Origin: an uncultured Bacilli bacterium
GTDB lineage: Bacteria; Bacillota_I; Bacilli_A; RF39; UBA660
Assembly (NCBI GenBank): GCA_944332215.1
Contig: CALVJP010000021.1
Coordinates: 1 to 42,550 of the forward strand
DNA length: 42,550 nucleotides
Reading direction: 5' to 3'
Below, piece by piece: positions 19,875 through 29,967 of this stretch. Made by a program: the position numbers and the translations under genes. The notes beneath the pieces were generated by a model. That model saw nothing but the letters and a program-made list of their open reading frames with translations, ran no database searches and was not told where the DNA came from. Position 1 is the stretch's first letter; each line of letters opens with the position of its first letter.

Positions 19875-21581
19875 ATGTATCAAGCATTATATAGAAAATA
19901 TCGACCACAAACCTTAAACGATGTTAGTGGGCAAGACACCATCGTCAAAATAATTAGCAATTCTATAAAAAACAATAAAATTAGTCACGCTTATTTATTT
20001 GCTGGTCCTCGAGGTACCGGTAAAACAAGCATTGCTAAAATATTTGCTCACATGGTAAACTGCGAAAACTTGCAAAATAATTGCCCTTGTGGTAAATGTG
20101 TTAGCTGTACACAAATAAATAATAGCGATATTATTGAAATTGATGCTGCCTCAAATAATGGCGTTGATGAAATAAGAGAACTGCGAAATAAAGTTAATCT
20201 CGTCCCATCCTATGGTAAATATAAAGTATATATTATCGATGAAGTCCATATGTTGACAACTGGAGCCTTTAATGCCCTTTTAAAAACATTAGAAGAACCT
20301 CCAGCTCATATAATCTTCATTTTAGCAACAACCGATCCTCATAAAATACCAGAAACCATTCTTTCACGTTGCCAGCGCCTTGATTTTAAAAAAATAAGTG
20401 AAAATAATATTGTGGAAAAATTAACTGAAATCGCCCAAAAAGAACAAATTTCTATTGACCAGTCCGCTTTAAGAGAAATAGCGAGATTATCTGATGGAGG
20501 CCTTCGCGATTCCATCGGTATGTTAGACCAGGCTGTTGCCTATGCTAGTGATACCATCACCGCTCAAGATATTCATGATATTAATGGTACCTTAACCCCT
20601 GAAGATTTAAAAAACTTGCTAGAATTAATTACCGAAGCCAATCTCGAAGAAATATTTAAAAAGTTAGATTTTTATAATGACGGTGGTAAAAATTTTGTTA
20701 AATTAACCGAAGAAATCATTACATTCATGCGTAATATTCTACTTTATAAAGAAGCTCCCAAATATTTTAAGCAAATATATAGCAACCTAGAATTGTATAG
20801 TGACATTGCTCTAAAAATAAGCAATAACATTTTGTTAACATATATTAATATCTTAAACAATACCGTTTCCGAAATGAAAACAACAACTAACACCAAATTA
20901 TTATTAGAATTAGCATTGATAAAAATGGTTAACAATCAGGAAAAAGCCAAGCAACCAATAAAATCAGAAGCCAAAATTGAAAAAACTTTAGAGCAGCCAC
21001 AAAATAATATTCCAAAAACTGTGGAAAAACTTGAAGCACAGCCGGTTAAGGAAAACTTAGTTTCAAAAGAAAAAGACATTTCTAAAAACATAGACCAGCC
21101 AAATCCAAAAACCAAAGATAAACAACAACTTCAAAAAATCGCTGAAATTAAAAATATCCGTATCAATAATACCTTAGCCCGCTTTAAAAAAAGTCAAATC
21201 CCGATTTTATCTAAAAAAATATTAATTTTAAACGACTATTTACTTGACCCCGATGTTAGTAAATGGGCTGCCATTCTTTTAGATGGTCAACTAAAAGCAG
21301 CTAGTGAACAAAACTTAATATTTGTTTATCAAAATGAACGTCTGGCGAATTTATTTAATGAAAATTTAGTAGCCATAGAAGCAACTTTAACCAAAGTTAT
21401 GGATAAACCTTATAAAGCTATTGCTACCGATATAAACGATTGGGAAAATATCAAAAATATTTTCAATTCCAAAAAAAAGACATATACTTACGAAGAGGAA
21501 CAATTCAATTTAGCAGATATTTTTTCGCCTAAAGAAACTAACGAATTTTCCAACTTTGAAGATATAATAGAATATAATTAA
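19875..21581 (+). CDS. dnaX: DNA polymerase III gamma/tau
   Basis: ALYRKYRP, GPRGTGKT, EIDAASNNGVD, IIDEVHML, SRC. Confidence 0.97.
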   Translation: MYQALYRKYRPQTLNDVSGQDTIVKIISNSIKNNKISHAYLFAGPRGTGKTSIAKIFAHMVNCENLQNNCPCGKCVSCTQINNSDIIEIDAASNNGVDEIRELRNKVNLVPSYGKYKVYIIDEVHMLTTGAFNALLKTLEEPPAHIIFILATTDPHKIPETILSRCQRLDFKKISENNIVEKLTEIAQKEQISIDQSALREIARLSDGGLRDSIGMLDQAVAYASDTITAQDIHDINGTLTPEDLKNLLELITEANLEEIFKKLDFYNDGGKNFVKLTEEIITFMRNILLYKEAPKYFKQIYSNLELYSDIALKISNNILLTYINILNNTVSEMKTTTNTKLLLELALIKMVNNQEKAKQPIKSEAKIEKTLEQPQNNIPKTVEKLEAQPVKENLVSKEKDISKNIDQPNPKTKDKQQLQKIAEIKNIRINNTLARFKKSQIPILSKKILILNDYLLDPDVSKWAAILLDGQLKAASEQNLIFVYQNERLANLFNENLVAIEATLTKVMDKPYKAIATDINDWENIKNIFNSKKKTYTYEEEQFNLADIFSPKETNEFSNFEDIIEYN

Positions 21582-21595
21582 GAAAGGAAGATACC

Positions 21596-21892
21596 ATGAA
21601 CATTCAAGCCATGATGAAACAAGCTCAAAAAATGCAAAAAGATATGATGAACGCTAAAGAGGAAATAGATAACACTACTTTTGAAGGCAAATCCTCTTTA
21701 GTTAGCATCGAAATGAAAGGAACCAAAGAAATAACTAAAGTCAAAATTGATGCCGAGGCCATCCAAAGCGATGAAATAGAATTACTTGAAGATATGATTT
21801 TAGTTGCTGTCAATGATGCCAGTAAAAAAGTCGACCAAGCGACCGAAAACAAAATGGGTAAATACACCCAAGGGATGCCAGGATTATTTTAA
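21596..21892 (+). CDS. ybaB: YbaB/EbfC nucleoid-associated protein
   Basis: MMKQAQKMQ, LEDMILVAVNDA, GMPGLF; between dnaX and recR. Confidence 0.93.
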   Translation: MNIQAMMKQAQKMQKDMMNAKEEIDNTTFEGKSSLVSIEMKGTKEITKVKIDAEAIQSDEIELLEDMILVAVNDASKKVDQATENKMGKYTQGMPGLF

Positions 21893-22489
21893 ATGTATCC
21901 GCGAACAATCACCAATTTAATTGAGTGTTTTAAAAAATTTCCCGGCATTGGGGAAAAAACAGCCGAACGATTGGCCTTGTCATGCCTTAATATGGAAGAT
22001 GAAGCTTTAGAATTGTTTGCTAACTCCTTAAAAGACAGCAAAACTAAAATAAAAAAATGTACAAGATGTGGCAATTTATCCGAAGAAGAATTATGTCCAA
22101 TTTGTCAAGATAAGCATCGTGAAACTAGTGTTATTTGTGTCGTCGAAGAAAGCAAAAACATTGTTTTATTCGAAAAAATCGGCACCTTTAATGGCGTATA
22201 CCATGTTTTAGGTGGTTTAATATCCCCTTTAGAGGGAATTAACCCCGAAGATATTAATATTGATAAATTGATCAAAAGAATAAAAGAAGAAAATATTAAA
22301 GAAATCATTTTAGCGGTAAAACCAACCGTCGAAGGTGAAACAACCGCTCTTTATATTCGTAAGCTCTTAGAAAATACCGATGTAATCATTACGAAAATTG
22401 CTCACGGTATTCCGATGGGAGCTGATATTGATTATATCGATCCTTTAACTTTAGAAATCGCTTTAACAGATCGTACCAAAATCTCATAA
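21893..22489 (+). CDS. recR: Recombination protein RecR
   Basis: PGIGEKTAERL, C4 zinc finger, YHVLGG, EGETTA. Confidence 0.97.
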   Translation: MYPRTITNLIECFKKFPGIGEKTAERLALSCLNMEDEALELFANSLKDSKTKIKKCTRCGNLSEEELCPICQDKHRETSVICVVEESKNIVLFEKIGTFNGVYHVLGGLISPLEGINPEDINIDKLIKRIKEENIKEIILAVKPTVEGETTALYIRKLLENTDVIITKIAHGIPMGADIDYIDPLTLEIALTDRTKIS

Positions 22490-22529
22490 ATTATTTAAAA
22501 TAATATATAATTTATTGAGGTGAAAAAAC

Positions 22530-22739
22530 TTGAGTAAACTACAAACTTTAACTTTTTTAAGCCATTTAACCAATCTATTAAAAAGATTAATTGTTGCTTT
22601 TCTTATGCTTTATGGTTATAATTTACTCGTTCCGGCGGTAGCCATCATCCCAATAAATATTGTTACAGTAATTTTATTAACGATTTTTGGCCTGCCTGGC
22701 CTCATTGTTTTAATTATTATAAGATTATTAGTTTATTAG
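22530..22739 (+). CDS. bofA: BofA-family (pro-sigmaK processing inhibitor) membrane protein
   Basis: Hydrophobic 69 aa with IPINIVT....FGLPG signature; downstream of recR as in Bacillus. Confidence 0.75.
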   Translation: MSKLQTLTFLSHLTNLLKRLIVAFLMLYGYNLLVPAVAIIPINIVTVILLTIFGLPGLIVLIIIRLLVY

Positions 22740-22751
22740 GGGGAAATAAAG

Positions 22752-23696
22752 ATGTTAGATGAATACCAAAATATTCAGCCCATTGTTTATCAAATATTAA
22801 AAAACGCTGTTAGTCAGGATAAGTATTCCCACGCTTATCTCTTTGAAACTAACGGTTTTTATGATAGCTTTAATTTCATATTTGCCTTTGTTAAATCAGC
22901 CATGTGTCCAAAACATTATACACATCAAGCAGAATGTGCTTCATGTGATCAATGCCAAGTTATCGACAGTGGTAACTTTCCCGAAATCAAAATAATTACG
23001 CCCGATGGTTTATGGATCAAAAAAGAACAATTACAAGAGCTTCAAAGTGAATTTACCAAAAAAGCTTTAATTGGAACTAAGAAAATATATATCATAAACG
23101 GAGCTGAAAAATTAAATAAACAAGCAGCTAACTCTATTTTAAAATTTTTAGAAGAACCCGAAGAAGGCATTATGGCCATTTTAATTACAGATAACATTTA
23201 CCAAGTTTTAGAAACCATTAGATCAAGATGTCAAATAATTAAATTAAAAGAGGTCCATCAAACTTTTAGTGTAGAAAATACACTAAATAAATTAAACCTT
23301 CTTTTATTTGAAGAAAATAGAGAATCTAATGATAATTTAGAAAAAATCGAAAAAGCCATTAACCTTGTGAATTATTATGAAAAAAATCATTTAGATACTA
23401 TTATATATATGAATAAATTGTGGCATGACTATATCAAAAACAAAGATGATATTATTCGAGCTTTTGATGTGATGATCATGTATTACCGTGAAATTTTAAA
23501 TTCATTTTTACATCGAAAGATTGAATTGTTCCATGATTATCAAACGGATATTGCCTTTATCAAAAGTAAAAATACCTTAAATAGTTTATGTACCAAGTTA
23601 AATATTTTAACGGAATTTAAAGAAAAAGTGAAATATAATGCTAATGTAAATTTACTAATGGACAAGCTTATTATCGAATTGGAAGGAGGAATATAA
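22752..23696 (+). CDS. holB: DNA polymerase III delta' subunit
   Basis: SHAYLF, zinc Cys cluster, AANSILKFLEEP, TIRSRCQ. Confidence 0.93.
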   Translation: MLDEYQNIQPIVYQILKNAVSQDKYSHAYLFETNGFYDSFNFIFAFVKSAMCPKHYTHQAECASCDQCQVIDSGNFPEIKIITPDGLWIKKEQLQELQSEFTKKALIGTKKIYIINGAEKLNKQAANSILKFLEEPEEGIMAILITDNIYQVLETIRSRCQIIKLKEVHQTFSVENTLNKLNLLLFEENRESNDNLEKIEKAINLVNYYEKNHLDTIIYMNKLWHDYIKNKDDIIRAFDVMIMYYREILNSFLHRKIELFHDYQTDIAFIKSKNTLNSLCTKLNILTEFKEKVKYNANVNLLMDKLIIELEGGI

Positions 23697-24488
23697 ATGC
23701 AAAAAGTAGTTGGTATTGCTTTTAAAGATCATGGACGCATGTACTACTTTGATCCTAGCGGATATAAACTAAAAAAAAATGTCACCGTCATTGTTGAAAC
23801 AGATCAGGGCTTACAATTTGGGAAAGTTATTAATGAAAAAATTGAGATTGATCCTAAAATGCTTCATAGCCCCTTGAAGAAAATTATTAGAATTTCTAGT
23901 AAAGACGATTATCGCCGCCATTTAAAAAATCTGCGTGATTCCAAAGAAGCTTTACTTTGTTGCCGTAAGTTAGCTAAAAAACATTCATTAGGAATGCAAA
24001 TTATTGATGCCAGTTATACTTTTGATCGCGATAAACTTATTTTTAGATTTTTAGCTGATAACCGCGTTGATTTTCGCCAATTAGCTAAAGAGTTAGCCGC
24101 TATTTATAAGGTGCGTATTGAATTAAGACAAATAGGGGTTCGTGATAAAGCTAAAGAAGTAGGAGGATGCGGACCTTGTGGTCAAAAATTATGCTGTGCC
24201 AGATTTTTGAAAGATCTTGATACTGTTTCTATCAATATGGCTAAAAACCAAAATATATCCCTTAATCCCAGTAAAATAAATGGTGTTTGTGGAAGATTGC
24301 TTTGCTGTTTAAAGTACGAAGATGAAGATTATAAAAAATGCCGCCAATGCTTACCGAAAATGGGCGATAAAGTTTCCACGCCCCAAGGGGAGGGGACTGT
24401 AGTTGGGCTTGATATTTTAAAACAGCAGTATAAAGTGAACATTCCTAATTATGGAATTATTATGGTGGATAAAGTTGGAAGTAACTAA
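23697..24488 (+). CDS. ricT: PSP1-domain protein RicT/YaaT
   Basis: RVDFRQL, RIELRQIGVRD, GGCGPCGQKLCC, GVCGRLLCCLKYE. Confidence 0.93.
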   Translation: MQKVVGIAFKDHGRMYYFDPSGYKLKKNVTVIVETDQGLQFGKVINEKIEIDPKMLHSPLKKIIRISSKDDYRRHLKNLRDSKEALLCCRKLAKKHSLGMQIIDASYTFDRDKLIFRFLADNRVDFRQLAKELAAIYKVRIELRQIGVRDKAKEVGGCGPCGQKLCCARFLKDLDTVSINMAKNQNISLNPSKINGVCGRLLCCLKYEDEDYKKCRQCLPKMGDKVSTPQGEGTVVGLDILKQQYKVNIPNYGIIMVDKVGSN

Positions 24489-25194
24489 TTACCTTTTAGG
24501 GTATGAAAACCTTAAAATAATTCAAAATACCACAATGTTCAATTTCTCGCTGGATTCTGTTTTACTACCCAATTTTATTACTATTGGTAATTCTATTACC
24601 AAAATTTTGGATATTGGAACTGGCAATGCGCCTATTCCTTTAATTTTATCGACTAAGACTAAAGCTAAAATTATTGGGGTGGAAATTCAAAAAGACGTAG
24701 CTCGTTTAGCGGAAAAAAGTGTTAAAATAAATAAGCTGGAAAAGCAAATTGAAATTATCAATGCTGATATTAAAGAAATTAAAGATAATTTTTTAGCTAA
24801 TAGTTTTGATATAATTACTTGTAATCCGCCTTTTTTTGAAGTCCAAGCCGATTCTAAATTAAACTTTAGTACTTATAAAACCGTGGCGCGCCATGAAATC
24901 TGTTTAAATTTAGATGAAATATGTCATATTTCCCGAAAATTATTAAAAAATAATGGTATAATAGGTATCGTTCACCGCCCTAATCGCCTTACTGACCTTT
25001 TAGCTAAAATGCGTGAATATAATTTAGAACCTAAAAAAATCCAATTTGTTCATCCAAGGCCAGATAAAGAAGCCAATATTGTTTTAATTGAAGGACGGTT
25101 AAATGGCAAAAAAGGATTAAAAATTATGCCTCCACTTATTAGTCATGAAAAAGATGGCAGCTATACCAAAGCGGTGCAAAAATTTTTTAAGTAG
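24475..25194 (+). CDS. yabB: tRNA1(Val) A37 N6-methyltransferase-like protein (YabB); probable TTG start
   Basis: FSLDSVLL, LDIGTGNA, NPPFF, ARHE. Confidence 0.85.
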   Translation: MEVTNYLLGYENLKIIQNTTMFNFSLDSVLLPNFITIGNSITKILDIGTGNAPIPLILSTKTKAKIIGVEIQKDVARLAEKSVKINKLEKQIEIINADIKEIKDNFLANSFDIITCNPPFFEVQADSKLNFSTYKTVARHEICLNLDEICHISRKLLKNNGIIGIVHRPNRLTDLLAKMREYNLEPKKIQFVHPRPDKEANIVLIEGRLNGKKGLKIMPPLISHEKDGSYTKAVQKFFK

Positions 25195-25203
25195 GTGAAA
25201 CAT

Positions 25204-26040
25204 ATGCATCAAAAAAGTTATGATAATACGCCAACACTCTATTTGGTTCCCACACCCATTGGGAATATGGAGGATATAACTTATCGTGCTCTTCATATTT
25301 TAAAAACGGCTAATGTGATCTTTGCCGAAGATACTAGAGTAACACGTCAACTTTTAAATCATTTTAATATTCAAAATAAATTAATTTCTAGTCATTTATA
25401 TAATGAAAATGGCAATATTGACAAGGAAATTGCATATTTAAAACAAGGTAAGACGATTGCTCTTGTTAGTGATCGAGGGACCCCGGTTATCAGTGATCCT
25501 GGGTGTATTTTAGTCAAAGAAGCACTTAAATATAATTATAATGTTGTGTGTCTGCCAGGAGCGACCGCGCTTATTCCAGCTGTAGTGATGTCAGGACTTG
25601 GCGATCAGCCTTTTACTTTTTATGGTTTTTTTAATAGTAAAGAAAGTAAACGTAAAAAAGAACTTATGAATTTAAAAGAGCATCAATTTACTTTAATATT
25701 TTATGAGGCTCCGCACCGGATTACTAAAACTTTAAATAATATTTTAGAAGTATTTGGTAACCGTAAGGCTGCTATTTGCCGGGAAATAAGCAAAAAATAC
25801 GAAGAAATAATTCGGGGGAATATCACGGAATTAATTAAAGAATCCGAAAATTTAAAAGGGGAAATTGTCTTAGTTGTGGCGGGTAATGATGATAAGCCAG
25901 ATTTCCACAATTTATCATTAATTGAACATGTTCACCTTTATTTAAAAGAAGGCAAAGATCCTAAAGAAGCTATAAAGTTGGTGGCTAAAGACAGAAATAT
26001 GCCTAAAAGTGAAGTTTATCGTGAATATCATCGGAGGTGA
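25204..26040 (+). CDS. rsmI: 16S rRNA C1402 2'-O-methyltransferase RsmI
   Basis: LYLVPTPIGNMEDIT, AEDTR, VSDRGTPVISDPG, YEAPHR, KGEIV. Confidence 0.96.
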   Translation: MHQKSYDNTPTLYLVPTPIGNMEDITYRALHILKTANVIFAEDTRVTRQLLNHFNIQNKLISSHLYNENGNIDKEIAYLKQGKTIALVSDRGTPVISDPGCILVKEALKYNYNVVCLPGATALIPAVVMSGLGDQPFTFYGFFNSKESKRKKELMNLKEHQFTLIFYEAPHRITKTLNNILEVFGNRKAAICREISKKYEEIIRGNITELIKESENLKGEIVLVVAGNDDKPDFHNLSLIEHVHLYLKEGKDPKEAIKLVAKDRNMPKSEVYREYHRR

Positions 26041-26045
26041 TATCT

Positions 26046-26615
26046 ATGAAATTAATCGTGGGCTTAGGTAATCCTGGTAAAGAATATGAAAATACGCGTC
26101 ATAATGCCGGTTTTCGTTTTCTTGATGCTTATGCTAAAAGTCAAAACTTAACCTTTACTAAAGAAAAATTTAATGGATTATATACTGATTTTATTCATAA
26201 TGGTGAAAAAGTTATACTTTTAAAACCTTGCAAATATATGAATTTATCCGGGGAGGTTATTAAAGATTATCTTGAGTTTTATAAAATCTCTTTACCAGAC
26301 CTTTTAATTATTTGCGATGATTTAGATACCGATAGTGGCAAAATAAAATTGAAATATAAAGGTTCTTCAGGGGGGCATAATGGTCTAAAAAATATTGAGA
26401 GCCATTTAAAAACTAATGAATATAAGCGTTTAAAAATTGGTATTGGTAATAAAAAAGACCAAAATACCATTGATTACGTCATTGGAAAAGTGCCCTCTGA
26501 AGAACTTGAGCAAATTAATGCTGTTAATAATTTAGCTCCCAGTCTTATTAATGATTATTTAGATTTGCCTTTTGATAAGGTGATGAATAAGTATAATAAA
26601 GGAGTAAATTCATGA
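26046..26615 (+). CDS. pth: Peptidyl-tRNA hydrolase
   Basis: LIVGLGNPGKEYENTRHNAG, YMNLSG, GGHNGLK. Confidence 0.97.
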   Translation: MKLIVGLGNPGKEYENTRHNAGFRFLDAYAKSQNLTFTKEKFNGLYTDFIHNGEKVILLKPCKYMNLSGEVIKDYLEFYKISLPDLLIICDDLDTDSGKIKLKYKGSSGGHNGLKNIESHLKTNEYKRLKIGIGNKKDQNTIDYVIGKVPSEELEQINAVNNLAPSLINDYLDLPFDKVMNKYNKGVNS

Positions 26616-29600
26616 GTTTTCTTAATGATCTTTTTCAAATCCAAGATGAAGAAGAAATCATCGGTCTTAATAGCGAATTAAAAAGTCTTTATCTTTATAA
26701 TCGCTTTCAAAAAAAACACCAATCAATTTTATTTGTGACCACTAATTTACATGAAGCAGGAAAAATCTATAATGCACTTACCCACCATACTGATCAAGTG
26801 TGGTTTTTCCCGATGGATGATTTTTTGACCAGTGAAGCGATTGCTATCTCGCCAGAGTTTAAAACAAGCCGTCTGGAAACGATTAATAATCTTTTAACGG
26901 GTAAGCCAAGCATTGTTATCACTAATTTAATGGGGTATTTAAGATTTCTTCCCTCAAAACAAAATTTCAAAGATAGTTATCTTGAACTGGAAACTGGCCA
27001 TGATTATCAGCTAGATGATTTAGTGACCAAACTTTTTAAACTGGGATATAAACGGGAAACAACGGTGAATATGACGGGAGAACTGGCGGTTCGTGGTTTT
27101 GTTTTAGACGTTTTCCCGCTTAATAGTGAGAATCCTCTTCGTTTAGAATTTTGGGGGGACACTTTGGATTCTCTTAAAACATTTAATGTCGATACACAAA
27201 GAACGATGAAAGATCTTAAAAAAATTACGATTTATCCCAATACTGAATTTTTAATTGATGAAGATACCTTTGATATTCCTTATCGTGATCTTTATAAATA
27301 TACGGAAGTCACAAACATTGCAGGCTATATGAACGAGCCATTAGTGGTTTTTGATGATTATCATAATTTACTAACTAATTATGAAATTTTAACTGACGAA
27401 ATTATTAATTACAATCAAAGTGTTGAAAGAGCGAAAGATACCAAGTATATGCATGAATTAACTGCTTTAAACCCTAAGGAGACTTTGTTTTTTGAAACCT
27501 TTGTTAATTATAATAATGTAAAAAATACACAATTTTATCAATGCCAAGAAATTGAATATTTTCCGAAAACAGTTGAGGGCATCAATAATCGTCTTAAAAA
27601 ATATTTAAAAAGTGGTAAATATGTAGTTATTTGCTTAGATAGCCGCTATCAAATTAACAAATTAATTGACAATTTAGCTAATAATCAAATTATTTATACC
27701 AATGAATCTAAGTTATTTCTTGGCAAAATAAATGTTTTAGTTAAAAATCTTAATTCTGGTTTTGAAACTTCCAAGTATATAGTTATTACCAAGCGAGAAC
27801 TTTTTAACCAAAATGAAGAAAGCCATTATCATACGAAATTTCGCTATGGCAGTCGAATTAAAGACATTACCAAATTAGAAATTGGAGATTATGTTGTTCA
27901 TGGAACCCATGGTATTGGCCGCTATCTTGGCATTCGGACCATGAATAAAAATGGCGTACCCAAAGATTATTTGACTGTTGAGTACCGCGAGCAAGATAAA
28001 CTTTATATCCCGGTAGAAAAACTGGATTTAATTACTAAATATTCCGGCAAAGAGGGGGCCACTCCTAAATTAAATAAATTAGGTAGCCATGAATGGGCTA
28101 AAACCAAAGCTAAAGCACGAAAACATGCTGAAGATATGGCGGCTGAGCTTTTAGATCTTTATGCTAAGCGGGAAGCTAAAAAAGGATTTGCTTTTGATCA
28201 TGATACGGAAGAACAAATTGAATTTGAAAAGCAATTTGAATACACCGAAACATTAGACCAAATTAGAGTCACCGATGAAATAAAAAAAGATATGGAAAGC
28301 TCTAAACCCATGGATCGGCTTCTTTGTGGCGATGTTGGTTATGGAAAAACCGAGGTGGCTTTTCGAGCTATTTTTAAATGTATTTTATCTGGAAAACAAG
28401 CCGCCTTACTCTGTCCTACGACTATCTTATCATCCCAGCATTATCAAAATGCTTTAAAACGTTTTCAAGCTTTTCCGGTTAAGATTGAAATTTTAAACCG
28501 TTTTGTTAATCCACATAAAATTAAAGAAATCTTGAAAGATTTAAAAGAAGGGAAAATTGATTTATTAATAGGTACACATCGCATCTTAAGTGATGACGTT
28601 GATTTTAAAGATTTAGGATTATTAGTTATTGATGAAGAACAACGCTTTGGCGTTAAACATAAAGAGAAAATCAAAAAATATAAAAATAATGTTGATGTTT
28701 TAACTTTGTCGGCCACCCCAATCCCACGGACATTACAAATGTCGATGGCTGGTATTCGAAGCTTATCAATGATTGAAACACCACCTGTTGATCGTTATCC
28801 AATTCAAACTTATGTTTTGGCTGAAAATAATCAGATAATTAAAGAAGCTATCTATAAAGAATTAGCCCGTCACGGACAAACATTTATACTTTTTAATCAT
28901 ATTCAAAATATGGAGCAAAAACTCCATGAAATTCAAACTTTAGTGCCGGATGCGACAATTGCCTGTGCTCATGGGCAAATGAGCAAAGCTGAGTTAGAAA
29001 ACATTATGTTTAAATTTAATAATCATGAATTTGATATTTTACTATGTACGACCATTATCGAAACGGGTATAGATATTCCAACCGTGAATACTTTAATTGT
29101 CATTGATGCGGATCGTTTTGGGCTATCTCAGTTGTATCAAATTCGCGGCCGTATTGGGCGCAGTAATAAAATAGCCTATTGTTATTTAATGTATGATAAC
29201 AAAAAAATTCTTTCGGAAGTTGCGGTTAAACGCTTAAAAGTTATTAAAGATTTTACGCAATTAGGAAGTGGCTTTGCCATTGCGATGCGTGATTTATCGA
29301 TTAGAGGTGCCGGGGATATTTTGGGTAGTCAGCAAGCTGGCTTTATAGATAGTATTGGGATTGAATTATTTTTAGAAATGTTAAATGAAGAAGTGCAAAA
29401 ATTACAAGGTAAAGAAATTAAACACAACACTGAGGAAGAGACTAGTCCATTAATAGAAGTGAAAACCGCTATTGATGATAATTATGTTAGTGAAGAAGAA
29501 TTAAAAATAGAAATTCATCAAAAAATTAACACAATTGATTCATACGAAAAATTAATATCCGTTAAAAATGAATTAGAAGATCGTTTTGGTAAAGTTTCAG

Positions 29601-29896
29601 AAGATTTAATTATTTATATGCACGAAGAATGGTTTGAAAAATTGGCTGAGCAAATAGGCATTAACCAAATTAGACAAATGAAGAATTTTGTGGAAATAAC
29701 TTTAGATAAAGATTTAACTAAAAAAGTGGATGGAGAAACCTTATTTTATGAGGTTAGTCAGCTAAGTCGTATGTTTCGTTTTAGTCTAAAGTTTGAGCGC
29801 CTTATTATTACTTTAGATACCATTAAATTGGAAAAACACTTTATTTATTATCTTATTGATTTAATGCAAATATTAGCTAAAAGTCTTAAAAAATAA
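26612..29896 (+). CDS. mfd: Transcription-repair coupling factor Mfd
   Basis: GDYVVH..HGIG, GDVGYGKTEVA, DEEQRFG, SATPIPRT, QIRGRIGR, C-terminal TRCF domain. Confidence 0.97.
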   Translation: MSFLNDLFQIQDEEEIIGLNSELKSLYLYNRFQKKHQSILFVTTNLHEAGKIYNALTHHTDQVWFFPMDDFLTSEAIAISPEFKTSRLETINNLLTGKPSIVITNLMGYLRFLPSKQNFKDSYLELETGHDYQLDDLVTKLFKLGYKRETTVNMTGELAVRGFVLDVFPLNSENPLRLEFWGDTLDSLKTFNVDTQRTMKDLKKITIYPNTEFLIDEDTFDIPYRDLYKYTEVTNIAGYMNEPLVVFDDYHNLLTNYEILTDEIINYNQSVERAKDTKYMHELTALNPKETLFFETFVNYNNVKNTQFYQCQEIEYFPKTVEGINNRLKKYLKSGKYVVICLDSRYQINKLIDNLANNQIIYTNESKLFLGKINVLVKNLNSGFETSKYIVITKRELFNQNEESHYHTKFRYGSRIKDITKLEIGDYVVHGTHGIGRYLGIRTMNKNGVPKDYLTVEYREQDKLYIPVEKLDLITKYSGKEGATPKLNKLGSHEWAKTKAKARKHAEDMAAELLDLYAKREAKKGFAFDHDTEEQIEFEKQFEYTETLDQIRVTDEIKKDMESSKPMDRLLCGDVGYGKTEVAFRAIFKCILSGKQAALLCPTTILSSQHYQNALKRFQAFPVKIEILNRFVNPHKIKEILKDLKEGKIDLLIGTHRILSDDVDFKDLGLLVIDEEQRFGVKHKEKIKKYKNNVDVLTLSATPIPRTLQMSMAGIRSLSMIETPPVDRYPIQTYVLAENNQIIKEAIYKELARHGQTFILFNHIQNMEQKLHEIQTLVPDATIACAHGQMSKAELENIMFKFNNHEFDILLCTTIIETGIDIPTVNTLIVIDADRFGLSQLYQIRGRIGRSNKIAYCYLMYDNKKILSEVAVKRLKVIKDFTQLGSGFAIAMRDLSIRGAGDILGSQQAGFIDSIGIELFLEMLNEEVQKLQGKEIKHNTEEETSPLIEVKTAIDDNYVSEEELKIEIHQKINTIDSYEKLISVKNELEDRFGKVSEDLIIYMHEEWFEKLAEQIGINQIRQMKNFVEITLDKDLTKKVDGETLFYEVSQLSRMFRFSLKFERLIITLDTIKLEKHFIYYLIDLMQILAKSLKK

Positions 29897-29941
29897 AACC
29901 TTTTTAAAGTAAAAAAATTTATGTATGACTTACACCAACAA

Positions 29942-29967
29942 AAAAACTAGATTAAATTCTAGTTTTT
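29942..29967. terminator. Bidirectional terminator between mfd and ppaC
   Basis: AAAAACTAGA-ttaaat-TCTAGTTTTT between convergent genes. Confidence 0.65.

Noticed and set aside
21468-21482. A-AAA-AAG slippery heptamer in dnaX (gamma/tau frameshift)
   Set aside because: It lies about 35 codons from the C-terminus rather than at the domain III/IV boundary, with no evident stimulatory hairpin; Lys runs are common in AT-rich genes.
22484-22511. sigmaE-like promoter before bofA (TCATAAA...TATATAAT)
   Set aside because: Spacing and -10 match are poor, and the region is almost pure A/T.
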